Source: Octopus bimaculoides (Eukaryota). Taken from it: a stretch of DNA of 64,000 nt. Position 1 is the stretch's first letter. Each line of letters begins with the position of its first letter. Below, in pieces: positions 24,927 through 38,845 of the stretch. The translations under genes were made by a program, and so were the position numbers. Under the pieces are notes generated by a model that saw only the letters and a list, made by a program, of their open reading frames with translations, made no database searches and had not been told where the DNA came from. The stretch covers positions 39,190,458 through 39,254,457 of the forward strand of contig NC_068997.1 of assembly GCF_001194135.2 (NCBI RefSeq), in the 5' to 3' direction.

Positions 24927-26831
24927 NNNNNNNNNNNNNNNNNNNNNNNNNNNNNNNNNNNNNNNNNNNNNNNNNNNNNNNNNNNNNNNNNNNNNNNNNN
25001 NNNNNNNNNNNNNNNNNNNNNNNNNNNNNNNNNNNNNNNNNNNNNNNNNNNNNNNNNNNNNNNNNNNNNNNNNNNNNNNNNNNNNNNTATATATATATAT
25101 ATATATATGCATACACACACAATTGGAATAGTTTTTGACAGTTTTCTTTGAAGCCACTAAAATTCATATTGATGTGCATACACACATTCTTCACAAGGTT
25201 TGTTTTTTTTTCTTCCCCTTCTATTTCCTCACTCACATTGTTTTCATCCCTCACATTTAGACCCCATCTCCGATTAACAAACTTACATCTATACACGCAT
25301 ACACAAGCATGCATAGAAACAAAGAACAATTTACATTGTTTAGCTTATCAACAAGACTCATTTTAATGGAAATATTTGATTGAAATATAAAGCAAACTGA
25401 AAGCCTTTTCAATTTGAAACTTTTTCTAATTAATGGATCTGTACAACGAAAACCCCCACTGGCAATATACTGATCGGTCCTAGCAAAAATTAATACTCAA
25501 TGTAAATAAAATCCCATCATTACTGTAAAACAGTTGGATGGAGTGTATAAACAAATGAAACGGTTCTGTTTTATCTGGCTTTGTTTTAGTTGTTGATAAC
25601 AATGAAATAATATTATCATTCTTTAGCAGAGCTTAGCTGACTTTTAAACAACGTGTCCTATTCAAGACGCCTACTTTCAAAAACCCAATAACGGTCAGAG
25701 GTTATTGGATACTTTACACATGTAACAAAGATATTGTTCTCTTGGGTTTGCGCATGGCTTTCGATAAACAAATATGTAAAGAATAATTAGTAGAACTGAC
25801 GTAATTTTTTTCTATAATGCGTTTATTATTTGCTTGCATAGACGCATACATGCATAATATTCACATCTCTACACGTTTACACACATAATTTTTAATATTT
25901 ACATATTCATATGTTTACATACTGTATTTACATGCAATTTTAGACAGTTTTATGTGCTTCTTACTTCAAGTAATTTATTGTATAATCTAATTCCAATACA
26001 AGATAACTTTGGGTGTATTTTGAATCGTAAATACTATTTAATATACATATATACATACAAGCACACATAGAAACACACATAGACACATATGCATGTATAC
26101 ACACATATATCGGTTTTTCTCTATCTCTTTCGCCCATACACACCTCAAATATATTAATATATAATGGTAATACAATGGACAATTCTGATTAGCAGTGTAT
26201 TGGTGTATTATTGCTCTCTCTGTAAGTCTCGCAACAACACTGATATGCAAATGTTCTTAGCATGTAAACCAAGAAATATTTTCTCTATAGCAGTAATCTG
26301 TTTTTGTCTCAACATTATAGCATTGGAAATAAATGAAGTCTGATGTTGAATTTGTTGATCTAAAATTACAGCCAGTCGAATATCTACACCGCGCTGCCTT
26401 GATATGTCTCCCATGCTGTATTTCATTTATATGTATAAAACACATAAATGACAGGTGGATTCTCTGCATAGACATACAAAAATACACACACGGACATACG
26501 TCAAACCATTGAGTTCAAACGAGTTCGCAGAAAATTGTATCTAAGATTGAGTTCCAATTTCCACATGAGAGTATTTTCTTTAATTTAATGCGCTTCCGTC
26601 AAAGATGTAAAAGCAGATCCTGTCACATTCTTTTGAATATCAAGCAAGTAGGTCTGACCATCCTTTGGTGGATAACCCATATGAAAAGTCGTTAACCAAT
26701 TACTGCATTAGATGTCCGTATGCATGTACGTATTTATGTATGTATGCGTTTGTATGTATGCATGTATGTATGTATGTATGTATGCATGTATGCATATATG
26801 TATTATGTATGTATGCATGCATGCATGTATG

Positions 26832-26871
<40 letters not shown>

Positions 26872-26920
26872 ATATGTGGACCCATTGATACCGACACATT
26901 TTTCTCTCTCCCTTTCTTTG

Positions 26921-26954
<34 letters not shown>

Positions 26955-26971
26955 GCTCTCTCCATTTTCTC

Positions 26972-27010
26972 CTCTTATAACAAAGAGCGTAGGCTCGAAA
27001 CGTCAAAGAC
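26972..27010 (+). ncRNA. degenerate hammerhead ribozyme relic (Penelope pLTR-like)
   Basis: GAGC-GTAG-GCTC (stem II), GAAA, AC/GT palindromic stem III and GTC are present. The CUGANGA box has decayed to ATAACAA. Confidence 0.5.
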
Positions 27011-28944
27011 TTTTCCATTATTCCCGATCATCAGACTAATACACCTGCTTGTTGTTCCCTTACTTCTCTCCCTCTCACTCTCTCTCTTGTTTGCTATGCA
27101 TTTGAACCATGCATACATACACACACAGACACACACACACACTCACATACATACATACATACATACATATTAGCAAATAGCAACAGAGACAATTCGCAAA
27201 TATAATGAAAATATCTGTCCGTGCAAATTTTAGCAAAGAGCTCGATGAAATGAAATAATTTGATTTCACTATGATATCATAAAATCTACAAAATCGTATA
27301 AAAATTTAAAAAGAAGACATAAAATTTAAAAGAAGACATATTGAAAATGTTGCTGGATATGAACAAGATCTTAGCAGCATAAAGTTTGTTAGTTTTAAAG
27401 ACGCTGATTCTCACTCAATGTAGAATCGTTGTATTTGTAAAGACCAGCCGAAAAGCCATGAAATTTAATTGTACTCACACACACGCATACATACACATAC
27501 GCACATGCATACATATGTACATACAACCTTACATACAAGTATACATAAACACACACACACACACACACACACACANNNNNNNNNNNNNNNNNNNNNNNNN
27601 NNNNNNNNNNNNNNNNNNNNNNNNNNNNNNNNNNNNNNNNNNNNNNNNNNNNNNNNNNNNNNNNNNNNNNNNNNNNNNNNNNNNNNNNNNNNNNNNNNNN
27701 NNNNNNNNNNNNNNNNNNNNNNNNNNNNNNNNNNNNNNNNNNNNNNNNNNNNNNNNNNNNNNNNNNNNNNNNNNNNNNNNNNNNNNNNNNNNNNNNNNNN
27801 NNNNNNNNNNNNNNNNNNNNNNNNNNNNNNNNNNNNNNNNNNNNNNNNNNNNNNNNNNNNNNNNNNNNNNNNNNNNNNNNNNNNNNNNNNNNNNNNNNNN
27901 NNNNNNNNNNNNNNNNNNNNNNNNNNNNNNNNNNNNNNNNNNNNNNNNNNNNNNNNNNNNNNNNNNNNNNNNNNNNNNNNNNNNNNNNNNNNNNNNNNNN
28001 NNNNNNNNNNNNNNNNNNNNNNNNNNNNNNNNNNNNNNNNNNNNNNNNNNNNNNNNNNNNNNNNNNNNNNNNNNNNNNNNNNNNNNNNNNNNNNNNNNNN
28101 NNNNNNNNNNNNNNNNNNNNNNNNNNNNNNNNNNNNNNNNNNNNNNNNTCACTAAGTCTTTTAATAGACATAAGAGTCATGCTACAAAGAACAAACCATA
28201 TCTTTTTAATAAATTTATCAACTGTGCAGAGTCGCATTCACAAAGTGGATAGTGAAGTTAGCTATGATGATATTTATTAGTCAGATTTTAATCGAATATA
28301 TCTCTATCATCTCGAAGACAGGTACCTCCTGTGAGGAGGGATAACATTTTGGAAAGTGTACAATTAATCTCTGGCTACATCATCAATAGAATAAGTAACA
28401 GAACAAAATTGAAACAACTGCATTAGAATGATAAAACAGTAAATCAATTGTGAGAACGAAATATATGCATGCGGACAGTGCTTATGAATAAATGTATTGC
28501 ATTGGATAATGATATGTGTTCATATTATCAAGAGGCAAGGAAAGATCTAACAGTATGATATCTAGAAAGTCTAAAATAACAGGTGAGGAGAAAGTAATCC
28601 CGTATCGAATTATTTTGTTGCCAAATAATTCAAACTTTGCTAAATATAAACAGATCGTTGATGAGACAGGTGCCACCGAAATATACAAATGATAGATAAT
28701 GAGAAGTTAGAGGGTAAGTTGAAAATGAGAAAGCAAGTTAACAAAACAGCATCAAAAGGTTTTGAATATTTTAACAACTGAAAATAAAGTTGATAAAAAT
28801 GTATTGGCCAGCAGGTTGTGCGTACAATAATTTCCATAAAATTTGGTGAGAGCAGATATTCTTAGCTTCAAAATAAAGAAATACTTTTGTCAGAGTTCGT
28901 GCGGTTAGAAATATCAAATTTTATGGGTAATTCGCCGACATACA

Positions 28945-29425
28945 AGGTGCAGGTGTGGGCGTGTGTGAAGAAGTTTGCTTTTCAACCACATGCTTCTAGG
29001 TTCAGCCCCACTGCGTGGCACCTTGGGTAAGTATCGGATCGACCAAAACCTGGTGAGTGGATNNNNNNNNNNNNNNNNNNNNNNNNNNNNNNNNNNNNNN
29101 NNNNNNNNNNNNNNNNNNNNNNNNNNNNNNNNNNNNNNNNNNNNNNNNNNNNNNNNNNNNNNNNNNNNNNNNNNNNNNNNNNNNNNNNNNNNNNNNNNNN
29201 NNNNNNNNNNNNNNNNNNNNGTGTGTGTGTGTGCGCACGCGCGTATGTATATATATGTGTGTGTGTGTGCGCACGCGTGTATGTATATATGTGTGTGTGT
29301 GTGTGTGTTTCCTCCCACCCCGTTTGACAACTCATGTTGGTGTGTTTATGTGCCCGCATCTAGGCTTTAAAAAATAGGTACTGGGATCAATTTCCTCGGC
29401 TAAAATTTCCTCAAGGTAGTGCCCC
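28945..29425 (+). mobile_element. SINE family C with a gap at its internal microsatellite
   Basis: Head at 28945-29062, N-gap at 29063-29220, then (TG)n and the family tail CTCCCACCCCGTTTGACAAC. Confidence 0.85.
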
Positions 29426-30183
29426 TCTTCGTTTCTATTCTTAGTATTTGAAGATTTTTGCAATGAAGCTGCATCGTAAAAATTCCAATAAAATATATAA
29501 CAAACTGATTTTCAACTGAAAAATTCATTTCCAATCGGCACCAAAATGTGGGCGACGAAAATTTTCTATCAAGTGGAACGATAGAATAACATTATTATTT
29601 ATCAATATCACAGGTAAATCAACAAACTGTAAATTTGTGAATACAACTATTAACCTTTAAATTAGTTTGGTTTGATCCTAATCCGTCGTAGGTTTGCAAT
29701 CAAGTAAATCAAGCGACATTTATTTCTTATTTATGGCGGTGAAAGAAGTACCTCGGGAATCGAACTTGTAATAACAATTCAATTAATCAGGCATTTGATT
29801 CCTATTTTACGGCTGTCGTTAATTCCTACCATCTAGAAAAGTATGTTCATTTATGACCTAAAATGAGTTCTTATCCTTTCCCAGCTAGCCACTCTGGTGA
29901 AAGCTAAAGAAAAATGTCCAGAGTAAAAGGCATTTCAGGTATCCAAATATATTCTGGTTTTGCTTCTTTCTCTACAATAATTTTATTAAAGTTAAGAAAA
30001 GTATAATTTCTGCAATATTAGAGAAATTAATGCTGCAAATACACCCCCACCCACCGCCTCTGATCTATTCCCTTGAAAATCATTGAACCTCACTTAACGA
30101 ACGACGGGCGGAAGGAGAGAGACTTATTTTGGTGAGATTAAACTTAATTAAATTAGAAATGTATAAACGTGCATGTATCGGAA

Positions 30184-30228
<45 letters not shown>

Positions 30229-31282
30229 TACCCACACACACACTAACTTACAAAGATAGTTATACAAACACATAAACAGTCATAGAACGATATGAATATA
30301 CATGAACACGTGCGTGTAACCTCTAAAATACAATCTATTCTACTAAAATACCATCTAACTCCTCTGAGAAAACACAGAAAAAATATTTGTATGTATTTCT
30401 AAAGATGTTAGCCATCGATTATACTCTATTTATCTTGGTTTAACTCCTAGTACTAATAATTGCACCTAAAACTAGAACTGAACTGACAAATCAACTGAAA
30501 TTATCTCCTTGTATCAACATTGTAAATGTCTTTCATCATAATTTTCACATTCAGTATATTTTCTTTCTATATCTAATTAGATTTTCTTAAATTAAGCTCA
30601 CTCTTTTGATTGTGTAACGAAGCAAAATCTATCTAGTTGTTCTTCAACAACACACGTTTATTTAACGGATAATTTAATCTCGGTAAATCTGTTAATTCCT
30701 ATCATTCTTATGTTTATTTGTCGATCTCTTCAGATTTTTTCGACTGTCATTAAGAGTAGACACGATCAGCAAGCACCTGCTGTGATGTATATCTCCTCCA
30801 GCCTCTCTATACAACTCGAGAGAAATAGCTGAATACTTAAAGTCTGTTCATTTAATGCCCCTAACTATATAAACACACATATTAAAGAATCTGTACAATG
30901 TAATCTTTGATATGTGTGACTTTGTTAGCTTTTCTTTTGCTTTACCACTGTATTAAATTCCGTAGAATATTGCCCGAAGTGATAGCAATTAAAGCAAACT
31001 AATGTTAATAGGCGTTAGGCTAAGTTTGCTGCTTTGTAAAGGTGGCAATAGGTTTTAAACGAAAGTCTGTAATTTATAGAAATTACAATTATATATTGCC
31101 AACTCAACTGGAAGCGAATGTTCTAAAATGAGAAAATGGATTCGGTGAAAATGATAGAATTTCATTTCGTTTGCCCATGTGACACTAAAAGAATCACAAG
31201 CCCGCCCCACTGTGACCGAAGGCTAAAAGTTCATCGACTGGATATCACTTAATGCCAGGAACAGAGGCATAGTCTTATGGTG

Positions 31283-31363
31283 TGTATGTATGTATGTATG
31301 TATGTATGTATGTATGTATGTATGTATGTATGTATGTATGTATGTATGTATGTATGTATGTAT
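31283..31363. repeat. (TGTA)n microsatellite
   Basis: Direct reading. Confidence 0.96.
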
Positions 31364-32324
31364 TTAAGGAGTGTTTAAATATACATTATATGCATATGTT
31401 TGGCTTTTTGTTATTGTTTGTATATATATATGTAGCGCTGTGAGCGTTTATGTACCGAAGTATTGATTCTGTGTAGATATTTATAGTTTTCGTAAGTTGA
31501 CGTCTATGGGGATTTTAAAAATGATGCCCATAAATGATTTTTTGTGAAAGTATGTTTTGTGTAATATGGCGAGATGCTTGTACATATATGTTTATGCCAG
31601 CGTACATGTGCACGTATGTATGCGCGATTGTGTGTAGATCTTGTTTGATTATGTGTACGCGTGTCTGGAAATGAATATAAAACTATAAAAGCGCAGCGTG
31701 TGCCCATATCAATCAGTCAGTTGATTCACATCATTACATGCCAGTGATGATCCCTAAAGAAAATTTGACAGATTGCGTAGAGTGTATGTGGGAATAGCCA
31801 TATAAGCTTTCATTATCAATCTTTGCTTCACTCTGTTTTGAAGCCTTGTAGCCATTTCAGTGATACATTTCAAAGAACCTGTACCCATGTCATCCACTAT
31901 TTACGTTAATCAGTAGGTAAAGTTTCCCACATAAAGAATAGCCTTCTGCTCTTAAACCTGGTGCTTACAACAATTATGCAGCTATCCAGCAACTTATGAC
32001 AGACAAATAATAAATAGATAAATAAATGAGATTATTCTATGCTGTTCCGTCTTACAGAAAATCACTATGTCTTTCAGGCATGTTTCCACATTATTAACTT
32101 TCATAAAAAGCACGATGTTCTAATTAGTGATAACAATACATTAGGGGAAATTTTGAAAACCACTGGCCACAAACCTTTTCAGAAATATTCTCGTACGTTC
32201 AGTGACACACATTTACTTCAATAACTGAGAGATTACAGCATTACAAGCTTACGGCATTACACATGCACAGACACACATGTGCATACATACATTCAAACAT
32301 GCATACAAATATATAAGTGTGCGT

Positions 32325-32550
<226 letters not shown>

Positions 32551-33917
32551 ATTTCGTCATCTGTACAGATGATGTCGATTTGATGGAGGGGGTGAGCTTA
32601 TGTGTGCACAATTTTTTCATCGCTATAAAAAAAAATCATCCGTGTGGTTGTTCAGCAAGAAATTGCCGAACCTTCATACGTCGTCTAACGATGGGAGAGT
32701 CCATTATATATATATATATATATATATATATAGCTATTGGCACGTAAGAAGTGTACATTGAACTCATGAAGCTCCGGTTTCAAACTACTGCACATAATCT
32801 TGTGTAAAAATTATATATTAGCAATATAGGCAGTATCAATACCGAAATGTAATATTATCATCACTTAAACGTGGATAAATTACACTGCTGTAGAGACCAT
32901 TAGAGAAACTCTTAGATCGGTTTTGGGCGCAAAAAGCACACCATACGCTGGCTTCCGCTAATTTACCTTAAGAGTACCTTAAGCGTATAAGCCACTTAAG
33001 TTGTAATACCATAACAATTGGTTAGTTGGTCGTTCCCTTCACTGAAGACCTGGAATTCATCGAAAAGGACTTGAAATAAATTAACATACACAAAAAGTAG
33101 CGTACACATTAAGCCTCTACAAGTTTCGGCTTGCATCTGTAATGTAATGGAGAAAGCTACTTATTTAAGTATGTAACAATTACTTAAAGAAAGCAATTCT
33201 TAAAGGCTTGACCGTTTGGAAATTTTTATAAATTCATGTTCCAAGAAATTTCCTGTAATTTCAATTTCTGAAGTTTATTGAATATTTGAACCAGAAGCTT
33301 TCCTCTAATTTATATATTCGTTACATTCATTGCAGAGTAGATTTCATAAACAATATTAGCACGTTGCAGGCGAAATTTTCCGTTTTCATTTGCAATAGTC
33401 TCTCACTCTCTCTCTCCCGCCTCTATTTTCATTAATGATAATTTAATATACTTTCATTTCAATGTTTCCATTTAGAATTTTAATTCGCTATTTACAAAAT
33501 CCACAGTTTCTTCTCTATACGTAATGTAAAAAAATATTTATTGAATGAATGAATGCTATAAGACAACATAATTGTATAACTGTGATGTGTCCATGATATA
33601 GTACACTATTATAATTTAAAAAGAAAAAAAGTTATTTTGTTGGTATGGTTGTTTGGAACGCTTACAATATGTGATCACTTCTATTTCTAGCACGCTAAAT
33701 GTGCTAGGGTTACCTTGAAGTTTCGTTACATTACAGATATATTACAACTACGATAAATAACTGAAAGAAATACTAAGCAAGTGAGATTTTTTTATAAATT
33801 GAAGTTTTCAGGAAAATTTACTTTCTGAACTTCCTTTCATTATTGAATATTTCAAGTTCACAAATTTAAACATTCGGTACAAGATAGTTTATCATTCTTT
33901 TGCTTGAACCCGCACAC

Positions 33918-34043
33918 TTCGTTAATTTCCGTAATTTTTTTTCTTTATTTACATTTTGCACGCCGTGTTCATCTCTGTGTATTTGTAGTCAGTCACACAC
34001 GCACGATTGTGTTTTTGTATGTACGCTTGTATACATTTATGTA

Positions 34044-34074
<31 letters not shown>

Positions 34075-34380
34075 AAGAAAGAGAGAGAGTGAGTTAAGGG
34101 GTGTGTTGTCATGTATATGTACATACATAAATACATATACATACATCTTTTGGTATGTATGTGCGTGTGTGTGCTTGCGTGAAACAGAGAGAGTGATGTC
34201 TAAGTAACACTCACACACATACACACACACACACACACACTCTCTCTCTCACATATACACATACACACATACACACACATGTCCATTTCATATAAACGTA
34301 CATACAGCTTTCACTTTCTCCTCTCTTTCATTTTTAAACAAAACTAAATAAATAAAAAAAAAATTACGGAAATTAACGAA
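33918..34380. repeat. 25-bp perfect inverted repeat pair about 410 bp apart
   Basis: TTCGTTAATTTCCGTAATTTTTTTT (33918-33942) is the exact reverse complement of AAAAAAAATTACGGAAATTAACGAA (34356-34380). Confidence 0.9.
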
Positions 34381-34664
34381 CAAAACCAGCTGTTTATTTT
34401 GGCATTTCTGGGGGTTCAACCCAAAGAATGCCGATAGTTTTTAACAAGCTTTTATTTATACCACTTTTTTTCATATTATGTTTATTTCATTCGTTGTTTT
34501 CAATATTCTCTCTTCCCCTCTCTCTCTCACACACACGCACACGCACACACACTCACACGCACACACATTCACACGCACACACACTCACACGCACACACAC
34601 ACTGTCTCTCTAATATAAACACGCACACTGTCTTTGTAATATAAACAGACACACTCCAGATTTG

Positions 34665-34704
34665 ACTAGCAGAAAACCACTCGTAGAGCGGTGTTTCTGC
34701 TAGT
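34665..34704. other. 40-nt hairpin with Helitron-terminus-like CTAG ends
   Basis: ACTAGCAGAAA-ACCACTC-GTA-GAGCGGT-G-TTTCTGCTAGT: 11 perfect outer pairs, 6/7 inner pairs and a GTA loop. Confidence 0.7.
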
Positions 34705-34968
34705 ATATATAATTTTGATTCAGTTCTTACAAACTGCAACCCCATTCCCTATATAAACACAACCAGTTCATAGTTTAGAAATTCTTACCTGTGGAGATGA
34801 TTGTGTTTAAGTAGTGAAATAGGTTGTTACTCGTAATGTGTGAATAAAATTTGAGAAATACATGCATATCCTATGTTTGCGATATAGTCAGTCCTTGATT
34901 GGAGCGAGGTCTGATTTGTCGTTTTTATCAGGGCCTGCATACATACATACATACATACATACATACAT

Positions 34969-34999
<31 letters not shown>

Positions 35000-36315
35000 T
35001 GCACATGCACCCACGCACACACACACATACACACATACACACGCACACACATACACATATGCGAACTTCACGTTAGTTAAAATATGTTTGTGACTCACTT
35101 CCACTTCTAAAGACAAATTCACTACATTTACATTGGAGAAAAAAATTCTATCCAATGGTAAAAGGCGTAAAAACCCAATATCTGCTGAGTATGCCTCCTG
35201 GTGGATTCTCGGACGCTGCATTTCTGCCTCTTAAGACGTTATCAATAGAAAATTCCGACGAAAGGTAACTCTAGGCAGATTGAAAACCGTGGCTTTAACT
35301 ATAACACGGCCAACAACATTGTCTGAGGTGCGCTATTAGACGGTCAGATCGGAAGAAATTCAGCAGTCAGCGCTAAGCAGTGTTTAGGCATAGTCGAACA
35401 TATTTCAGTTTCTAAAAGCAAATTCACTGCTAACTGAGCCGCCAGGAGCCCCCTAATACGGAGCCTTGAAACCATGAAACTCAACATCGACGAAACACCT
35501 GCTTGATATTTAGGGAACTTGCGGAACTGAGTTACAATCTCTTTACAAAATTTTCGAAAGAAAAACTGAAATCTGCAAAATCTTAAGTTCAGTTTCTCCG
35601 TAATAACTTTAACAGCAAAAAGCGGCTAAACAGAATACAAGAATTTATTAGAACTCACAGTAATGTTCAGAGAGAGAAGCAATGAAAATAGCGATGAAAT
35701 TGACTTTAAAACAAATTAGAAAAGCTGGTAAAGAATAAATAATAAATGTGTGAAAGACTACAGTAACAATAGATGTAAATGAGATATAGACAGATATAAA
35801 AACTGATAGAGAATAGATGGAAACTAAGTTACAAATTTGATTCTCAGCAAGAAAAATAAAGCATGAAGAAGATGAAATATTTAGACTAGTCACAGTTTTA
35901 ATTTAGGTCATTCTTATAAGTGATAGTGGGATTAGGAAGTATATCTGGAAGTACAGGAAATATATTTAGCAATTAAAAAAACAAAACAAAAACAGTTAAG
36001 AAATGACTGATGAATTCAGGAATTTACTTGCCACAATTTCTACTTGAAAATGTAATGTCACCATTTTTTCCACGATACAATATTTATTGACATTTGTATG
36101 CAGTAATTCAATAAACACTCCCTTACTACGCTCCATTTATACAGAGGTACATATGACAGCACAAGAGAAAGAAGAGAGGAGAGATGGTGGGCGGGGGAAG
36201 GGAAGAAAGAGGAGGGGACGAAGACTAAGAAAGAGTCATATGCGTATTCCAAAGAAATGTTTAAAAGATTCTTACATTTGGGTGTCTGTATATGTGTCCG
36301 CACTAACATGTATGC

Positions 36316-36346
<31 letters not shown>

Positions 36347-36355
36347 CATACATGC

Positions 36356-36403
<48 letters not shown>

Positions 36404-37084
36404 GTGTGTGTTTGTGTGTGTGTGTGTGTATATATGCATAAATGCATAAATATACACACATAAATTATAGCTGAGTAAATTTTATTAGTAAAATATATAA
36501 TATTTCTGTGAAAACACTTTTCACGATGAAATCAGAAAATATATTTTGATACGATAAAACAAGGGTCATAAAGAAAACAATCACCGTGTTTTTATTACAA
36601 CCCTTGGTCGTCAAACAGATGTGACATGTGGTGGATGATGAAGTATACAGTTAGTGAAGTGGATAATATTTTATAGCATACAGTGTAGATTTATGAGAAA
36701 TATTTCCAGACAAAAAACTCAGACTAACAACGCTAAGCAAGCGACTGCAGATATATTTGGAGAAGAGTTTGTCCATTAATATCGTAAACGTGTCCGATTA
36801 GAAATTCAACATTGTATTTTCACCGATTCCAGTTGTGATATTCTGTCTGGAGTGTTTACCACGTGGATGAAAGGGAACTAAAAACATCACCTCATTTATA
36901 TGATGTAAATAAACTATGCTGAGTGTAATAGATTAGTAGAATTGGTCTGGCTATTGAACAAAAATTCCGTCTGATGCTTTTATTACGTTTAACTTCTGAG
37001 TATAAATACTACTTTCTCTTTAATTCTTCCAGGACGTCATGTATACTTCAGTCATGAATATATATATATATATATATATATAAT

Positions 37085-37296
37085 GGTTTGAAAGTTTGTT
37101 ACAATGCCAGAAATTTCGGGAGGAGGCGTAAATCGATTACATCGATCTTAATGCTCAATTGTTACTTATTCTATCGACTCCGAAGAGATCGAAGGCCAAG
37201 TTGAATTTGGCGGAATTTGAACTCAGAACATAAAGAGAGACGAAATGTTGCTAAGCATTTTGCCCGGCATGCTAACAATTCTGCCAGCTCGCCGCT
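37085..37296 (-). mobile_element. SINE family B
   Basis: Reverse complement of the family B head (GCGGCGAGCTGGCAGAATTGTTAGC) and body. Confidence 0.88.
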
Positions 37297-37433
37297 TTGA
37301 ATATATATAATATGTAAAGAAACATACAAGTGAGCAGACCTCCAGAGAATTAAAGCCAGAAAGAAGCAAGTATCACCACCCAAATGCATCAGACTCTAAG
37401 AGGAAGCTATAAGGCTCGTAAAGCAAAAACTAC

Positions 37434-37643
37434 CTGTAGGTGACCGGTTTTCTCTTGTTTTCTCTTGTTTTCTTCTTTTTTTCCCGAAGAGGTGATAGTA
37501 ATATCGCTATCACTGGACGTATTTCTATTCGGGAGCACAAAACCGATCATTGTCACCGAAATCACAGTGCGCAGGGTGGGGTTAAACATGTAATTCTTTA
37601 CCACCGCAAGAAAGTGAAATGCCAGGAGCGGGTCATTATATTC
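37434..37643 (-). CDS. candidate 210-nt phase 0-0 exon, product unknown
   Basis: TTGTTTTGACAG acceptor, CAG/GTAGTT donor and 70 stop-free codons: EYNDPLLAFHFLAVVKNYMFNPTLRTVISVTMIGFVLPNRNTSSDSDITITSSGKKEENKRKQEKTGHLQ. No family recognised. Confidence 0.3.
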
Positions 37644-37881
37644 CTGTCAAAACAAGCATTCAGCTCCATTTCCAACGCAATTCAGCAACCTTCGGTTTCC
37701 CAGCAAGATCGGTGCGCAATTTCTTGCGGAAAATTGACTTAGATCTCCCAAAAGCTATGAGAGAGAATGCTATCCTTTCACTTGTTTCCGTCATGTGACA
37801 GCAGATATGCTGGAGCAACGCATTTAGTCGAAAAAAATCGACGCCAGGATTTATTCTATGGGAGTATTTTATCAAACGGCT

Positions 37882-37960
37882 ATGTTACGGGGACGCAAAC
37901 ACAGCAACATCGGTTGTCAAGCGATGGTGGGGGTACAAACACAGACAAACATACACACAT
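37882..37960 (-). mobile_element. isolated SINE family C tail
   Basis: Reverse complement matches 8230-8305. Confidence 0.7.
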
Positions 37961-38845
37961 GCATGCATAATGATTTTTTAGATGATTTTAAATGTCTTGC
38001 CCGCTCACGTTTTTGGTATGCTGCTATATTTCATGTTGAGAACAATTTAGATCTTAATAGACACAAGATGTGATCTATTTCTAGCGCATTAATTGTCCAC
38101 GTTAGTGGTCGACGTTATTTTTTAAAATGTACCTTAATNNNNNNNNNNNNNNNNNNNNNNNNNNNNNNNNNNNNNNNNNNNNNNNNNNNNNNNNNNNNNN
38201 NNNNNNNNNNNNNNNNNNNNNNNNNNNNNNNNNNNNNNNNNNNNNNNNNNNNNNNNNNNNNNNNNNNNNNNNNNNNNNNNNNNNNNNNNNNNNNNNNNNN
38301 NNNNNNNNNNNNNNNNNNNNNNNNNNNNNNNNNNNNNNNNNNNNNNNNNNNNNNNNNNNNNNNNNNNNNNNNNNNNNNNNNNNNNNNNNNNNNNNNNNNN
38401 NNNNNNNNNNNNNNNNNNNNNNNNNNNNNNNNNNNNNNNNNNNNNNNNNNNNNNNNNNNNNNNNNNNNNNNNNNNNNNNNNNNNNNNNNNNNNNNNNNNN
38501 NNNNNNNNNNNNNNNNNNNNNNNNNNNNNNNNNNNNNNNNNNNNNNNNNNNNNNNNNNNNNNNNNNNNNNNNNNNNNNNNNNNNNNNNNNNNNNNNNNNN
38601 NNNNNNNNNNNNNNNNNNNNNNNNNNNNNNNNNNNNNNNNNNNNNNNNNNNNNNNNNNNNNNNNNNNNNNNNNNNNNNNNNNNNNNNNNNNNNNNNNNNN
38701 NNNNNNNNNNNNNNNNNNNNNNNNNNNNNNNNNNNNNNNNNNNNNNNNNNNNNNNNNNNNNNNNNNNNNNNNNNNNNNNNNNNNNNNNNNNNNNNNNNNN
38801 NNNNNNNNNNNNNNNNNNNNNNNNNNNNNATATATATATATACAT

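Noticed and set aside
31195-31215. GC box (CCCGCCCC) as a promoter
   Set aside because: It is a single short motif with no other promoter evidence.
32557-32572. 16-bp perfect palindrome TCATCTGTACAGATGA
   Set aside because: About one or two palindromes of this length are expected by chance in this much AT-rich DNA.
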